Source: Shigella phage SSG23. From it: 64,000 nt of DNA. The notes under the pieces are model-generated. The model was given only the letters and a program-made list of their open reading frames with translations. It had not been told where the DNA came from and ran no database searches. This document shows, in pieces, positions 34,772 to 48,303 of the stretch (the stretch's first letter is position 1; each line of letters starts with the position of its first letter). The stretch lies in the sequence record PQ351811. One strand, 5' to 3'. The position numbers and the translations under genes are program-made.

Positions 34772-36766
34772 TTATGCCTGGTTAGCTGGACCGATAATTT
34801 CGTCAAAATCAGCACCAGTTGCAACAGCAGTGAAATTGAGCATGATATAGTTGATCGATTTTGCTGGTTTGATGAACATACTAGCAACAAATTCGTTACG
34901 ATCAATTACATCCGGCGTGTTGTTCGTGGTGTCGCATTGTACTCGGAAGTCATAAATGCCACCCAGAGAGCGAATCGTGCTGAGGTATTGCGAAACCTCC
35001 ATACGGAAGGAAGCGCGAGTAAAGTTATCGTTGTTTTCAAACAGTTTGTATTTGCTTGAATCGCCGATATTCTTTTTCAGCATATTAAACAGACGACGAA
35101 CGTTAATGCGGTCAAACGGGCTAGGAACAGTCGTAGCGGTTTTATCACCCATCAGGATAAACCCTTCACCGCCAGCACCGATTACCGGGTTAATTGCGGC
35201 TTGATACAGACGATCACGGTGCGCCTTGCGAGGCTCAATTGCCAGCTTAACCACGTTCATGATCTGACCACGGTTATAACCTGCCGGACTCATCCACGGC
35301 TGCGATACAGCATCAGTACGAGCACACAAACCAGCGATATCAGCAGCCAACGGAATCCAACGGTTTACATCGTTATATTTGTCATACTGATATTTGTAGT
35401 TACCATCAATAACCGCGTAAGTGGTATTAATGTTCATGTTGTTTTCATTATAGTTTCCTGAACCTTCGCGCCATGCAATCAGGTTATCAATTGCAGTAGT
35501 CACCGGAATATTAACAACAGTGCTACGCGGCGGAGAAACCATTACTAAGCAATCCTGACGCTCATCACCGATAGAAACAGCATGTTTCTGTACGGTAGAG
35601 AATGCATCACCTTCACCAGCACATGCACCAGCGATCAGAAGGTTTACGTGAATAGATTCACGTTCAGCAAACAGATCCCAGCCTTGCATCATCGCACTAA
35701 CAAACGGATCAGCACCAACACCAGCGGTTGCTTCGTTGGCAGAAACACCACCAGCAAGAGAAATAATGCCACTGAAACCATCTACCCAACCCTGAGCGGT
35801 TGCATAAATGTACTGGCTAGCACCACGAGCAAAGAAGTCGTCCATATAGATAGAATTGCCGTAGACGTCTTTATCTCCTTTCAGAGTAGACAGTACATAG
35901 GATTCTACCACAACACCATCGCGACGAACAATAAACGCATATTGATTATCATTCTGCGGCGCATATGGAATCAGGTTGCGTGCTGCGGTGCGCTCGCCAC
36001 CATAAGGATACATGGTCAGATCCGGTGCAGTATTCTTAAACGCACTACGTGCCAGAATTTCAACTTCCAGCGAGTTGCCAATCTCACCAGCATAGATCGC
36101 GCTTACAGCTGGCATATCATACTTCTTGAGTTTAGTCAAGAAAGTTTGATTCGTGATATTGGCGCGGGAAGTTTCCATGTCAGTTAACAGAAGACCGGAG
36201 TCGACCACAATTCCAGATACAGTGATCGATGCACCTGAGTTACCGCTATCAGAAATGATTTCTACAGTGTATCCTTCCAGTTTTGGATATGCCCCGATTG
36301 TTTTTGCGTGTGCAATCAGCTTACCAGTTGGAATAAAAATACCTTTGATCTTACCTTCCGACGAAATTTTTGTAACCTTTCCGCCAGTTTCAATTTCAGA
36401 ACTTTTGTATTTTACTTTAATTGTATCGCCAACCTTATAGTTTGAACCTTCGTTTGTGATTTCAAACTCGACGTTACCAGCTAGGGTAGTTGCGTTTTTT
36501 GCTTTTTCTTTATTCAGTACACGAACAACACGCAGGTCATTACCGTACTGGAGGAAGTTAGCCCCGCTCATGAAATAGTCTGCGGTGTTATTATCCGGCT
36601 GACCAAATTTATTAACTAATTCAACTTCATTAGTTACTTGAATAATCTGGAAAGCTGGACCCCATTGGAATTTACCTACCAGTGCCGCGCGACCAGTCGC
36701 AGATTGCACAATGGTAGTGGAGAGAGTAGTTTCTTTCGTTTCGAAACCCGGTGATAATAGAGTCAT
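34772..36766 (-). CDS. 18: tail sheath protein gp18
   Basis: size and position between 17 and 19; late promoter upstream. Confidence 0.9.
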   Translation of the reverse strand: MTLLSPGFETKETTLSTTIVQSATGRAALVGKFQWGPAFQIIQVTNEVELVNKFGQPDNNTADYFMSGANFLQYGNDLRVVRVLNKEKAKNATTLAGNVEFEITNEGSNYKVGDTIKVKYKSSEIETGGKVTKISSEGKIKGIFIPTGKLIAHAKTIGAYPKLEGYTVEIISDSGNSGASITVSGIVVDSGLLLTDMETSRANITNQTFLTKLKKYDMPAVSAIYAGEIGNSLEVEILARSAFKNTAPDLTMYPYGGERTAARNLIPYAPQNDNQYAFIVRRDGVVVESYVLSTLKGDKDVYGNSIYMDDFFARGASQYIYATAQGWVDGFSGIISLAGGVSANEATAGVGADPFVSAMMQGWDLFAERESIHVNLLIAGACAGEGDAFSTVQKHAVSIGDERQDCLVMVSPPRSTVVNIPVTTAIDNLIAWREGSGNYNENNMNINTTYAVIDGNYKYQYDKYNDVNRWIPLAADIAGLCARTDAVSQPWMSPAGYNRGQIMNVVKLAIEPRKAHRDRLYQAAINPVIGAGGEGFILMGDKTATTVPSPFDRINVRRLFNMLKKNIGDSSKYKLFENNDNFTRASFRMEVSQYLSTIRSLGGIYDFRVQCDTTNNTPDVIDRNEFVASMFIKPAKSINYIMLNFTAVATGADFDEIIGPANQA

Positions 36767-36797
36767 TAGAATTTCCTCATCTTTTTATGCATTATCG

Positions 36798-39118
<2,321 letters not shown>

Positions 39119-39131
39119 GATAAATTACCTC

Positions 39132-39965
39132 TTAAAATTCTTTTACAATACGTGGACCCGGTGGAGTCGGTGCAACTGGTACAGGAATATCACTAGAATA
39201 TGATTCTTTGATTGTTCCGTCCCATTCTTCTTGCTCAACATCACGTTTAACGACCTCATGATCCACGGATTCAAAATTGCCACTAGGATTTAATTCACGA
39301 GAATTAGCATGAAAATCAAGATAAATCGTTCTAATTTCCCCCTTAACGTCGGTAGCTGGAGGATAGATAAACCCGATAAATTCAAACATAATGGTCCATT
39401 CAAGACGGCGACGAGAAAACTTATCTTCGCCTACCTGTTCATCTGGAGTAATAGAACTAATCGTGACCTGAATATCTCGATCAATCCATACATCATTACC
39501 GTGTAGTTCTTTAATCTTACAGTTAAAATGAGGCTGGAAGTAAGGAAGAATCTGCTCAATTATCTGAAACATATCATCCTCGTTACGCGTATAAATCCCC
39601 AACTCGAAAGTAAACTTATATGGTACAGGATTATATTGTGTTACGCTCCTGATTCCATCAGCCGTATATTTTGGTGCTGTCTTATTTGCGATATTGGTTT
39701 TAAAGTTCTGGGCGTATGTCATATCAATCAAAGAAAGACACATGCGCGGTAAAATAGTTTCTACCTTTGCTACGTCTTCCTCACTTGAGATATTGTTATA
39801 TTTGTCCAGACTCATCATGAATTTTTCTTTCTTTGCGTAGGTGATAGGAACTTTAATAAAACGCTCACCGTCACTACGCACCCTTTTAATTTGTACGCCG
39901 GAGAATAAATTACCCAGCAATACAATATACCGTCTAATTGACGAATTATAGTGCCAACCGAACAT
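39132..39965 (-). CDS. 15: tail sheath stabiliser / tail terminator gp15
   Basis: MFGWHYNSSIRRY resembles remembered T4 gp15 MFGYFYNSSFRRY; start moved to ATG 39965 from the TTG-extended ORF. Confidence 0.9.
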   Translation of the reverse strand: MFGWHYNSSIRRYIVLLGNLFSGVQIKRVRSDGERFIKVPITYAKKEKFMMSLDKYNNISSEEDVAKVETILPRMCLSLIDMTYAQNFKTNIANKTAPKYTADGIRSVTQYNPVPYKFTFELGIYTRNEDDMFQIIEQILPYFQPHFNCKIKELHGNDVWIDRDIQVTISSITPDEQVGEDKFSRRRLEWTIMFEFIGFIYPPATDVKGEIRTIYLDFHANSRELNPSGNFESVDHEVVKRDVEQEEWDGTIKESYSSDIPVPVAPTPPGPRIVKEF

Positions 39966-39991
39966 TTGACCCCCTTGTTTATGAGTATTTA

Positions 39992-40732
39992 TCAAAAATC
40001 GGCGAAAGGTGAACCCTTGCCATTAATAGGATCAAATGGGTCAATAAAATCTTGTCCTTCGCTTCTGAATTGCTTATCTTCTTTGTACTGATCTAAGTTG
40101 ATATCTGTTAACCCGTCCAGATTAGTGATCGGTGCAAGATCCAGATCCGCGAACTCATCAACATTAATTCCCTCATTGCGTTGTAATTCTGGTCGCAATT
40201 CCTCACCGCTATACACGAATTTCTCTGCAATAATTTTACGCATGGCATTTTTTCCAGCCTGAAAAAACGGCTGATATGGCTCGACGTAATTTATTTCAAA
40301 GAGATCATTACTCATTGGAATATAAATCAAGTCACCTGATTTTGGCTCTTGATCATCTACTTGATGCTTGAATAGGTTGGGGTTAACCGTAAAAGTTAGT
40401 TCATCATTGGCTTGATAACCGAAACTAGAGAAGAAATTACCCGCTCCTTCATACCCATCAAATGAGTTAATATAAGCCGCAAATTTCCATGCTTTAGTAA
40501 ATTTGCTTTGAACATCCTCGCCAAAGATCATGTCTGGTTTGACAAATTCACGAGGGATGTAATATAATTCTACACCTCGCATCTGAATAGCTTCGGCGAC
40601 CATAACGTCGGCTAACGTCTGAGTATTTGTATATTTGTGAAAGTTCACATAAGGATTAAGAATCTCTGTTTGTCGTGTATTCTCATAATCCTTTTGCGAT
40701 TCAAGTCGAGCAAAAAGAGTGTTGTTAAACAT
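39992..40732 (-). CDS. 14: neck protein gp14
   Basis: [28 protein letters not shown] resemble remembered T4 gp14. Confidence 0.9.
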   Translation of the reverse strand: MFNNTLFARLESQKDYENTRQTEILNPYVNFHKYTNTQTLADVMVAEAIQMRGVELYYIPREFVKPDMIFGEDVQSKFTKAWKFAAYINSFDGYEGAGNFFSSFGYQANDELTFTVNPNLFKHQVDDQEPKSGDLIYIPMSNDLFEINYVEPYQPFFQAGKNAMRKIIAEKFVYSGEELRPELQRNEGINVDEFADLDLAPITNLDGLTDINLDQYKEDKQFRSEGQDFIDPFDPINGKGSPFADF

Positions 40733-40768
40733 ATGTTACTCCAAATGGGGGAATACTCCCCCAATAAA

Positions 40769-41701
40769 TCAAATCATGAGGATGCCGAACGGAGGATCTA
40801 ATAATTCTAGTTCTTGTCGCAATTTCTCAATATCGGCGCGTGCTTCTTCAATGATTCGGATACCATCCACGGTAACACCGCCGGGCAATTGCAGACCTTG
40901 ATGTTTAGCCATGATGGACCCCCACACTTCCTTAGTGAAAGCGGTTGCCATGTCTTTAACCCAGCGGTTATTATATGCGCCCTGCCTGTTCTCGCTGATC
41001 GGTCCCATGCCAGCAACAATCCCGCTTAAACCAGCAGTAGGATTATCATAAACGGCGCTAATCCCGCCAGCGGTAGAACACCCTCCTGCATGAGCATAAC
41101 CAGCAACCGCCCCCATCATGTCCGGTACATCAACATAACTTTTAACATACAATTCAACAACAATGAGATCTCCTTCTCGGAAGTTTCCTGTGATCTTAAG
41201 TTGTCCATTTGCGCTATTATACCAATAATCTGGCAGCGGATTGAGCATATTTTGCATAGTGGCTCGATAGCTCATAAGCTGTTCGAAATATCCCAGATCA
41301 CCGCCCATTGCATTTGGACCATAAAATTTACTACAGCCAGATCCTAAACCGCCATTTACACCCGCTAAACCCAACAGAAAGTCGGTAAACCACGGATAAA
41401 CGGCAGTACCATCCATCGTAGCCGCGCTACCTACGTTTGTTCGAATTATTTTAGTTACTGCGAATACTCCAGAATCGCTTAAATCAAATACCCCGTGTTG
41501 TGCTTGCTCTGCACTAACACGAAATACTTTATATCCTTTATTCACACCATCGAAATGATATTCCCCATAGAGTTCTAGTGCTCTCTGAATACAATCGTAA
41601 ATCTGGTCTTCTGTGACTTCGACGTTAATCACTGGTGCGCCTAAACGACGCAGAATAGCGTCTTTTAATTCTCTTGGGTTATTGGTTACATATCCTGACA
41701 T
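40769..41701 (-). CDS. 13: neck protein gp13
   Basis: gene order and size. Confidence 0.75.
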   Translation of the reverse strand: MSGYVTNNPRELKDAILRRLGAPVINVEVTEDQIYDCIQRALELYGEYHFDGVNKGYKVFRVSAEQAQHGVFDLSDSGVFAVTKIIRTNVGSAATMDGTAVYPWFTDFLLGLAGVNGGLGSGCSKFYGPNAMGGDLGYFEQLMSYRATMQNMLNPLPDYWYNSANGQLKITGNFREGDLIVVELYVKSYVDVPDMMGAVAGYAHAGGCSTAGGISAVYDNPTAGLSGIVAGMGPISENRQGAYNNRWVKDMATAFTKEVWGSIMAKHQGLQLPGGVTVDGIRIIEEARADIEKLRQELELLDPPFGILMI

Positions 41702-41721
41702 AATATCACCTATAAACGAAA

Positions 41722-41740
41722 AAGGGGCTTAACGCCCCTT
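41722..41740 (-). promoter_or_regulatory. stem-loop between wac and gp13, possible partial terminator
   Basis: aaggggc-ttaac-gcccctt hairpin with a weak U-tract on the - strand. Confidence 0.4.
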
Positions 41741-41747
41741 TAATTTC

Positions 41748-43517
41748 TTATACCGGAGAAATCCCAAAGAGGAACTCTTTAATTTGTACTGGCTGTGCTA
41801 CTGCTTCGGCAGATACACCCTTAATACGGATGTTAATCTGATCGCCCTTTTCAATATTTAGGAAAGCACTGGTAGAATAGCTGATCAATTCGTCTGTGCC
41901 GTAATGACCATTTTTCGCTTCATATACCATCTGTCCATTTTTGAAAATCGCAACAATGAATGTTGCATTATGTTGAGCGTGTACAGCGCAACGGAATACA
42001 CAACGGAATAAACCCTTGTCCTGAACGGTAACAACAGATTCACTTTTCACCATTTGACGCACATTAACTTCCGACGCCATGTCGTTAAGCGGAATCGGTT
42101 TATAAACATCCTGTTCGTTAAGTTCAACCGTAATGTCTGCGGTATTTTTAAATGCTCCAGCAGCATATGCAACTTGCACCCATTCGCCGTGCTTACGCAG
42201 ATAATGAAAACCGTCATCAGGAACATCATCTACTTTGTTTTCGTTAGATGTTTGTAACTCTTTGACGATTTTAATCACGCCTTTCTGAGTAAATGGATCA
42301 TCTGAACCATCATCACCATAGATATCACTTGACAGTTTAATAACGCCAGCGGTCAAACCTGATTCGCGATCACCTACAAGCTGTTCCATGTCCTGTACGC
42401 TTGCTTCTAACCGACCCTGAGTGTTTTCTACAACTTTAAGACGTCCGGCTAGAGTATGTCGATCTCTGTCAGTACCAATCTCATTGGAAAGTCGAGCAAC
42501 TTCACCGCGCAAACCGTCAGCACCGCTTACGCCAACAACCTGTTTAAGATCTAAAAATTCTCGCTCTGTGTTGGTTAATCGATAATCAAGGCTTCCCGCC
42601 GATTGAGGCGTTCCGATCTTGTTTTCAACTGCCAGAAGACGAGGACGAATACCAGAATCTACACCATTAACATCATCGTTTAGACGTTCATAATTAGTGC
42701 CTAGCGTAGTGACTTTAGTCCCGATATCAGGGATTGAATCAAACAAAATTGCTTTCTTGACTTCTAGAACTTCATTTGATAAGTTAGCAATGTTTCTTGC
42801 GTTGGTGCGGAGACGAACATACACATTTTCTTGTGTTGCAAGAGATGTGTCGCCGATCTCGCTGCGCATTTTGTTAACTTGTTTTGTTAACTCGCCTACG
42901 TCAGAATCTTGCCAGTCGTTTTCTAGCTGAACGATTCGGCGACCGTGGTCATTTAATGCTGCGGTATTCTGGATAACTCGGTATTTGATGCCGGAACCGG
43001 AATTACCCGCATCAGGAGAACCATTAATATTGAAGTTAGGATAAGAACCCATTTCTTGTTTGATGAAAGAAATATCATCATAGATTGTTCTTGTGCTCGG
43101 ATCGGCAGCGGGGCGATCACCAATCTTGATGTTAAGTTCTGATACAGCGTCTACCGTTGTTTGCAGCGTTTTTGCTGTTTCTCCTAAGTTCTCTTCGACG
43201 GATTCAACTTTTGCGACAGTCTGGTTAACCACATCAATGATACTTCCGTCAGAAATTGCCCCTAAAGTTGTTTTAATATCGTTAACCGCCGTTACAACTT
43301 CGTTAACTTTAGCGACGGTTGATTTTGCGTTTTCGTTTACGCGTGCAACGTTTTCTTGAATTGCAACCGGGGCGCGGTTAAGCGTCCCGTCATTGCCAGT
43401 CTGTGTCGTTGCTGCGCTTAAACATTCGCCATTCTTGATCCAATTAATCCGGTGCTGTCCTTCGCCTGGTACACCGTCAACATTTGGGATCTCGTGGATG
43501 TTTAATTGTTCAATCAT
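41748..43517 (-). CDS. wac: fibritin (neck whisker) Wac
   Basis: long coiled-coil protein between 12 and 13. Confidence 0.75.
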   Translation of the reverse strand: MIEQLNIHEIPNVDGVPGEGQHRINWIKNGECLSAATTQTGNDGTLNRAPVAIQENVARVNENAKSTVAKVNEVVTAVNDIKTTLGAISDGSIIDVVNQTVAKVESVEENLGETAKTLQTTVDAVSELNIKIGDRPAADPSTRTIYDDISFIKQEMGSYPNFNINGSPDAGNSGSGIKYRVIQNTAALNDHGRRIVQLENDWQDSDVGELTKQVNKMRSEIGDTSLATQENVYVRLRTNARNIANLSNEVLEVKKAILFDSIPDIGTKVTTLGTNYERLNDDVNGVDSGIRPRLLAVENKIGTPQSAGSLDYRLTNTEREFLDLKQVVGVSGADGLRGEVARLSNEIGTDRDRHTLAGRLKVVENTQGRLEASVQDMEQLVGDRESGLTAGVIKLSSDIYGDDGSDDPFTQKGVIKIVKELQTSNENKVDDVPDDGFHYLRKHGEWVQVAYAAGAFKNTADITVELNEQDVYKPIPLNDMASEVNVRQMVKSESVVTVQDKGLFRCVFRCAVHAQHNATFIVAIFKNGQMVYEAKNGHYGTDELISYSTSAFLNIEKGDQINIRIKGVSAEAVAQPVQIKEFLFGISPV

Positions 43518-44917
43518 TAGCGCACCCTTATGATATAGTTTAATGCCAGACTCTTGACGCGAGTCTCGTTAGCCGTTCTTACGGATCTTCCTGAGTCAAA
43601 GTTAACAGTAGAACCCCAATCATCCCCCTTACCGTTTTTATAGTTCGTGCTCCATTGACCGCGCTGTGCAGTAAATGCGCCACCATACCAACCGCGCCAG
43701 CGGTCAGCTACAGGGAATTTACCAGTAATTCTCTGCATTGCGTCTTCTTGATAAGAACCAAATCGACGGCCTGGATCAAAGTTTCGTCCATGATCGCAAC
43801 CACGAGCAACTAAACCGCGCATATCAGGAAGGTTAAAATTGTTACCTGACCCACCAAAGGTATAACCAATCGCAGAAAATAATTGCGGATATTGATTTTT
43901 ATTCAGTGAACGACCATTACAGATCAGAAAGTCGCCTCGATCAGCATTGAATCCAGAAAGGATAATACCACCAATTGGCATTGCGTGACTCGCTAATTCA
44001 TTTTTAGTAACAAACTGGTTGCCGTCTGAGTTAGAACCTTTATAGACGTTTCCGCTTACCGTACCGCCAGTGCTAGGAAGAACCTTAGCATTTGCTGATA
44101 GTGCAGCGTTAGCCTCACTTCCTACGGTGTCTCGTAGTTTAACAATACCGTATTGAGACGTTGTTGCCTTAGTGCTTGCAAACTTCTTAGCAGAAACAAC
44201 TACAGTATCATCAGAACCAGCATTCATCTGTGACTGGTTGGCGATCTTAACAGTACCCGCCTGATTCTCATTGGCGCGAGCATTTGCAAATGCATAAGGG
44301 CTAATTGCAAAACCTTCTCGAATCTGGCCTTGTAAAACTTGCGCATTGGTTGCTAACTGAACTAAACCTTGTGCGCTTTCGGTTGCTGTGTTTTGCTCTG
44401 GAATTAATCCCGGTACAATCTGTGCAATGGCAGTGTGCATCTTTTTCGGTGTTACTGCCATTGTGTCATCACTGCCAATCTTTGCTGCCTCAAGAGAACA
44501 TATCTTAATAGTCCCCTGAACGCTCTCTGACGCCTTTTTAGTGGTGAAGTAATGGTTTAGTGTGTCTGGACCGATTGCCATGTTCTCGTTGCTCTCTTGC
44601 AGCGATTCTTCCATCGTGGCAAATCGGGTGATGCCCTTTACTTCTTTTGTAGCATCTGGGCGTGACATTTTAACAGCCAGTGTTTTTGGAGTCACGATCT
44701 TATTATCTACAGTACCGTCGTTTACTTCTTCCTGAGTTGCGATTGCAGCGATCCCGGCTGTATCTTCCGTAGCGTCCGGTAATCCATTTACAGCAAAGCC
44801 GTTAATAGCGGCTAAAGCCGCTTGTACGTTGGTAATGCTTTGAGGCCAATCATTTACAGGGTTAAACTTGACGTATTGAGCATCGTCTTTTACGTGGTTA
44901 ATAGTATTGTTTGCCAT
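43517..44917 (-). CDS. 12: short tail fibre protein gp12
   Basis: MANNTINHV N-terminus and C-terminal LPDMRGL..ETR.K...LNYIIRV resemble remembered T4 gp12. Confidence 0.9.
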   Translation of the reverse strand: MANNTINHVKDDAQYVKFNPVNDWPQSITNVQAALAAINGFAVNGLPDATEDTAGIAAIATQEEVNDGTVDNKIVTPKTLAVKMSRPDATKEVKGITRFATMEESLQESNENMAIGPDTLNHYFTTKKASESVQGTIKICSLEAAKIGSDDTMAVTPKKMHTAIAQIVPGLIPEQNTATESAQGLVQLATNAQVLQGQIREGFAISPYAFANARANENQAGTVKIANQSQMNAGSDDTVVVSAKKFASTKATTSQYGIVKLRDTVGSEANAALSANAKVLPSTGGTVSGNVYKGSNSDGNQFVTKNELASHAMPIGGIILSGFNADRGDFLICNGRSLNKNQYPQLFSAIGYTFGGSGNNFNLPDMRGLVARGCDHGRNFDPGRRFGSYQEDAMQRITGKFPVADRWRGWYGGAFTAQRGQWSTNYKNGKGDDWGSTVNFDSGRSVRTANETRVKSLALNYIIRVR

Positions 44918-44928
44918 TATACATCACC

Positions 44929-45573
44929 TTATGCAATACGTTTGAAATAATATAGGGTAGTTCCAAATTTCTCTTCTGTACCCATTCGAGACCATGAACC
45001 ATAACCAACACGGGCAGGGGAATCAACATTTCCTGTGACTGTAATTCCGTACTTGTTGATATCGGTTGGTGGATGTTCAAGAGAATCGATATAATGAATT
45101 TCTAATTGGTCGTTGCTACTTCCTTTTCTTTTTACTTCCTTGAACATAATGTTTTTATTCATTAGTTCGGTAAATTTTTCCGTTACTTTCTCACATAGAG
45201 AAACGCCGGAAGACCCAACATCAACAATAAATGGATAACCCAAAACATCAATTAATACTTTCTTTGCTTCTGGGTTATGTTGACTATTAACACTTCCTGC
45301 AAATGTTAATGTTTCAATTTGCCCTGCCGATTGTGGTGCAGTTGAATTTGTTGTTACTAAAACGTCACCAATTCGGATCATTGACAATGAATAAAGGTCA
45401 TCAATTGCCGATTGAACGTTGTTTACATAGGAACCTTTTCTTGATTGATCGACATTAACGCCACCAATAGGACGAGAACCACCGATAACAGGATCTTTCG
45501 ATCCTGGATCGTATGAAATAAACGCCGCATCGCTGGAAAATACACTAGCTTTTGAACGTGTTTTCGAAATCAT
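44929..45573 (-). CDS. 11: baseplate wedge / short-fibre attachment protein gp11
   Basis: gene order and size. Confidence 0.8.
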   Translation of the reverse strand: MISKTRSKASVFSSDAAFISYDPGSKDPVIGGSRPIGGVNVDQSRKGSYVNNVQSAIDDLYSLSMIRIGDVLVTTNSTAPQSAGQIETLTFAGSVNSQHNPEAKKVLIDVLGYPFIVDVGSSGVSLCEKVTEKFTELMNKNIMFKEVKRKGSSNDQLEIHYIDSLEHPPTDINKYGITVTGNVDSPARVGYGSWSRMGTEEKFGTTLYYFKRIA

Positions 45574-45574
45574 A

Positions 45575-47377
45575 TTAACCTACCCTTAGCCAACGATAGA
45601 CAGTTCTGTATGGAGGAAGAATACCCATCATTGATGGGTCAGTATTTCCCTGATTAACTTTTACGGTATCCTCGCGGTATTTGGTAAATGCTGGACCTAC
45701 TGCATCAGGGTCTACCTGACAACCGCCGATAATAATATTTCCGTTATCGTCTTTTACAAGAACTCGATCGTTGCTCTGTAATTCAGGAATCATATTTTTC
45801 TTGATCTGATATGCAACATCACCACCATTACCACCTGCGGTGTGTGTAGGTTGACCATGTGTATCGAGATCGTTGTTGTTTATTGCGAAGTTTTGATCGC
45901 TTGCATCGGATGACCAACCAGCCAGAAATTCACCTTCCGCATACCGTACCCATGTACCAAATCCCATATAGGTCGCTGGGTTGGCTGGGTTATGCGCATT
46001 TTCATAAATTGTACCTACAGGATGGAAAATGTCGAATATGGAATAGATATCCATCACACGACCTGTATAATCCTCCATTGGACGTTTAGTCGCTTGGCTT
46101 GGATTCAGGAAATCGGTATATTCAATTCGATTTGTCAGAGTAACTTCATCTTCGTTATTGAGATAAATTTTATCTGCTTTCTCTTTAATACCGCCTACAC
46201 CGTCCCATTCCATTAATGTTCCGATATCATTATTAAACCAGCGAATTGTGATAGTGTCTCGGTTATCCAGTGCTTTAGATAATTTAATACCAGTCACTAC
46301 ACTGTTTTCGTCAAACATTAATGAATAATCTTCGCCAGATTCCACCCATTGACCGCCAGCAAGCGCACAAGTTTCTTCTGTTTCGCCATCAGCACCCTCA
46401 CACACAAAAGAAGGTAAATCCGCGTCACCAGCTTTAATCATTTGCGTGCCGTTGATCAGCAATTCAAATGAATTTGGATTAATAAGATCTCGCTTACTTA
46501 CTCCCAATTCAGAATTGGTAAATTCTTTCTTATTCGCAAGTTCCCCAACCCAAACTTCACCGGGGATAGATTCCAAAGTGGTCATTCCGGTTTCATAAAC
46601 TCGGATTGTGTGGGTAATATAACTTGACCGGAAGGATGCGATCCCGTCCATATAAGTGATGATTTGAATGGTATCACCTGCCGAGCAAGGGAAGCGTAAT
46701 TTAATGCTTTTACCGTCCAGTGGGACAATATCACCGTTTTCACCGATAGAACCGTAGTTAGAATCATCGGTCAGATCCTTACCATAATAAAGCAAGTTAC
46801 CGCGATAATATACTTCAACATTTCGAATATTGTAAGTATTGGAACCAAACACATTGGGGAAGTCTGTTTGTCCTTCGGTTGCGATATAAACTTCTTTGGC
46901 GACGGTGCTTAAATCGGAAGTTGTTATAGTGTCAACTCGTTTATTTTCGACATATTCCCACCGACCGGGTGCACAATAAACCAATTCAACATCCATGAAA
47001 TCTTTATATAATTCACGGTTGATTGGCGACCCTTTAATGGTATCACCTTGTGCTGGCTTCAATGTTACGTTATGTGCAGCCCATGAGCGCCAAACATCAC
47101 GAAGTTTAATTGTTTTATTATAATCACTCGCGCTTCCTTTAGGCAATTCAACAGAAACAGCGTTGTTCGTTGTATTAATCGCCCATGCATCACCAAAATT
47201 TGGTTTTAATACTGGTTGTGTGTGAGTTTTCCACGCGCCGGATGCATGAGGGATATCACCATCCCCCAGCTTAGTATAAAGTTCAGAAAAGTTGTCATTA
47301 ATCTTTTGACCACCTTTTCTTAGATAATCACCTGTACCGTCATCAACAACGTTACCGATATTAATTAATTGTTTCAT
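45575..47377 (-). CDS. 10: baseplate wedge protein gp10
   Basis: gene order and size. Confidence 0.8.
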   Translation of the reverse strand: MKQLINIGNVVDDGTGDYLRKGGQKINDNFSELYTKLGDGDIPHASGAWKTHTQPVLKPNFGDAWAINTTNNAVSVELPKGSASDYNKTIKLRDVWRSWAAHNVTLKPAQGDTIKGSPINRELYKDFMDVELVYCAPGRWEYVENKRVDTITTSDLSTVAKEVYIATEGQTDFPNVFGSNTYNIRNVEVYYRGNLLYYGKDLTDDSNYGSIGENGDIVPLDGKSIKLRFPCSAGDTIQIITYMDGIASFRSSYITHTIRVYETGMTTLESIPGEVWVGELANKKEFTNSELGVSKRDLINPNSFELLINGTQMIKAGDADLPSFVCEGADGETEETCALAGGQWVESGEDYSLMFDENSVVTGIKLSKALDNRDTITIRWFNNDIGTLMEWDGVGGIKEKADKIYLNNEDEVTLTNRIEYTDFLNPSQATKRPMEDYTGRVMDIYSIFDIFHPVGTIYENAHNPANPATYMGFGTWVRYAEGEFLAGWSSDASDQNFAINNNDLDTHGQPTHTAGGNGGDVAYQIKKNMIPELQSNDRVLVKDDNGNIIIGGCQVDPDAVGPAFTKYREDTVKVNQGNTDPSMMGILPPYRTVYRWLRVG

Positions 47378-48228
47378 GTAGCAACCCCGATTTTAATAGT
47401 GTCTACGGCTTTAACTGCTAAACGAATATTTTCGCCAGTAGCCTTATACTCTGCATATACTTTATCGCCGGAACCGATGAAATAACGAACCGTGTATAGT
47501 TCATCTTCTGTCTTCTGCAAAACTGTATATTCCGTCGCATAAACTTTTCCGGCTTTAGAATCAATCATCAGTAGCGTTTCACTTGAACGCATTTTTGAAC
47601 CGGATATATTGCTAGCGGTAGTTAATAATTTGATGGAAACATATTCTGTTTTTGCGGCAATAGCAACGTTTGTTGCTACTCCAGTTACGTTAACTGTTTT
47701 ATCTAATGGCGTTGTTGTATCGGTAAACATACTTTCGATACCCAATCGCCATGTTACGCGACTACCTTCAACGGCAGTACACCAAACGGTGACTTTTGAA
47801 AATGGTTGTGTTATTGTAGCATCACCGGAATACCCGCTAATAGAATCACCTGCTTGAGTTCGAATATTGAGCGGTGTCGTCGTTGAAAGGCTACCGTTAC
47901 TATTTATGAATACAACACCCTCACCAACCTTTGCTTTAGGGAGGATAGCAATAAGTGCGCCTTGAGTTGTATCGATATCGTGTAGACTCCCAATCTCAAC
48001 AGCGGAACCAGCGTAGCTTTGGCGTGGATGCTTCTGATAGTATCCGGTTGCATGAATAACCATTCTTCCTACACCGTGGTCTACGTCTTTAAACCGTTGA
48101 TCAGCAAATGCGTCATATATTGAATCAAAGTTATCGTTAATTTTATTACCGCCATCATATAAGATATCGCCAGTCGATGGATTGCCGACCGTACCTGTGT
48201 CTATTCTTTTCTTTGGAACTTGTGCCAT
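47374..48228 (-). CDS. 9: baseplate wedge / long-fibre connector gp9
   Basis: gene order and size; own late promoter. Confidence 0.8.
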   Translation of the reverse strand: MAQVPKKRIDTGTVGNPSTGDILYDGGNKINDNFDSIYDAFADQRFKDVDHGVGRMVIHATGYYQKHPRQSYAGSAVEIGSLHDIDTTQGALIAILPKAKVGEGVVFINSNGSLSTTTPLNIRTQAGDSISGYSGDATITQPFSKVTVWCTAVEGSRVTWRLGIESMFTDTTTPLDKTVNVTGVATNVAIAAKTEYVSIKLLTTASNISGSKMRSSETLLMIDSKAGKVYATEYTVLQKTEDELYTVRYFIGSGDKVYAEYKATGENIRLAVKAVDTIKIGVAT

Positions 48229-48255
48229 TGTTTAATTCCTCATGTTATGATGTAT

Positions 48256-48263
48256 TATTTATA
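48256..48263 (-). promoter_or_regulatory. T4-type late promoter TATAAATA for gp9
   Basis: tatttata on + strand, 28 nt upstream of the start. Confidence 0.65.
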
Positions 48264-48273
48264 AAATACATAC

Positions 48274-48299
48274 AAAAAAGCCGCCCACAAGGACGGCTT
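48274..48299 (-). terminator. terminator closing the inserted three-gene cassette
   Basis: agccgtcc..ggcggct hairpin followed on the - strand by ttttt. Confidence 0.55.
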
Positions 48300-48303
48300 A
48301 TAA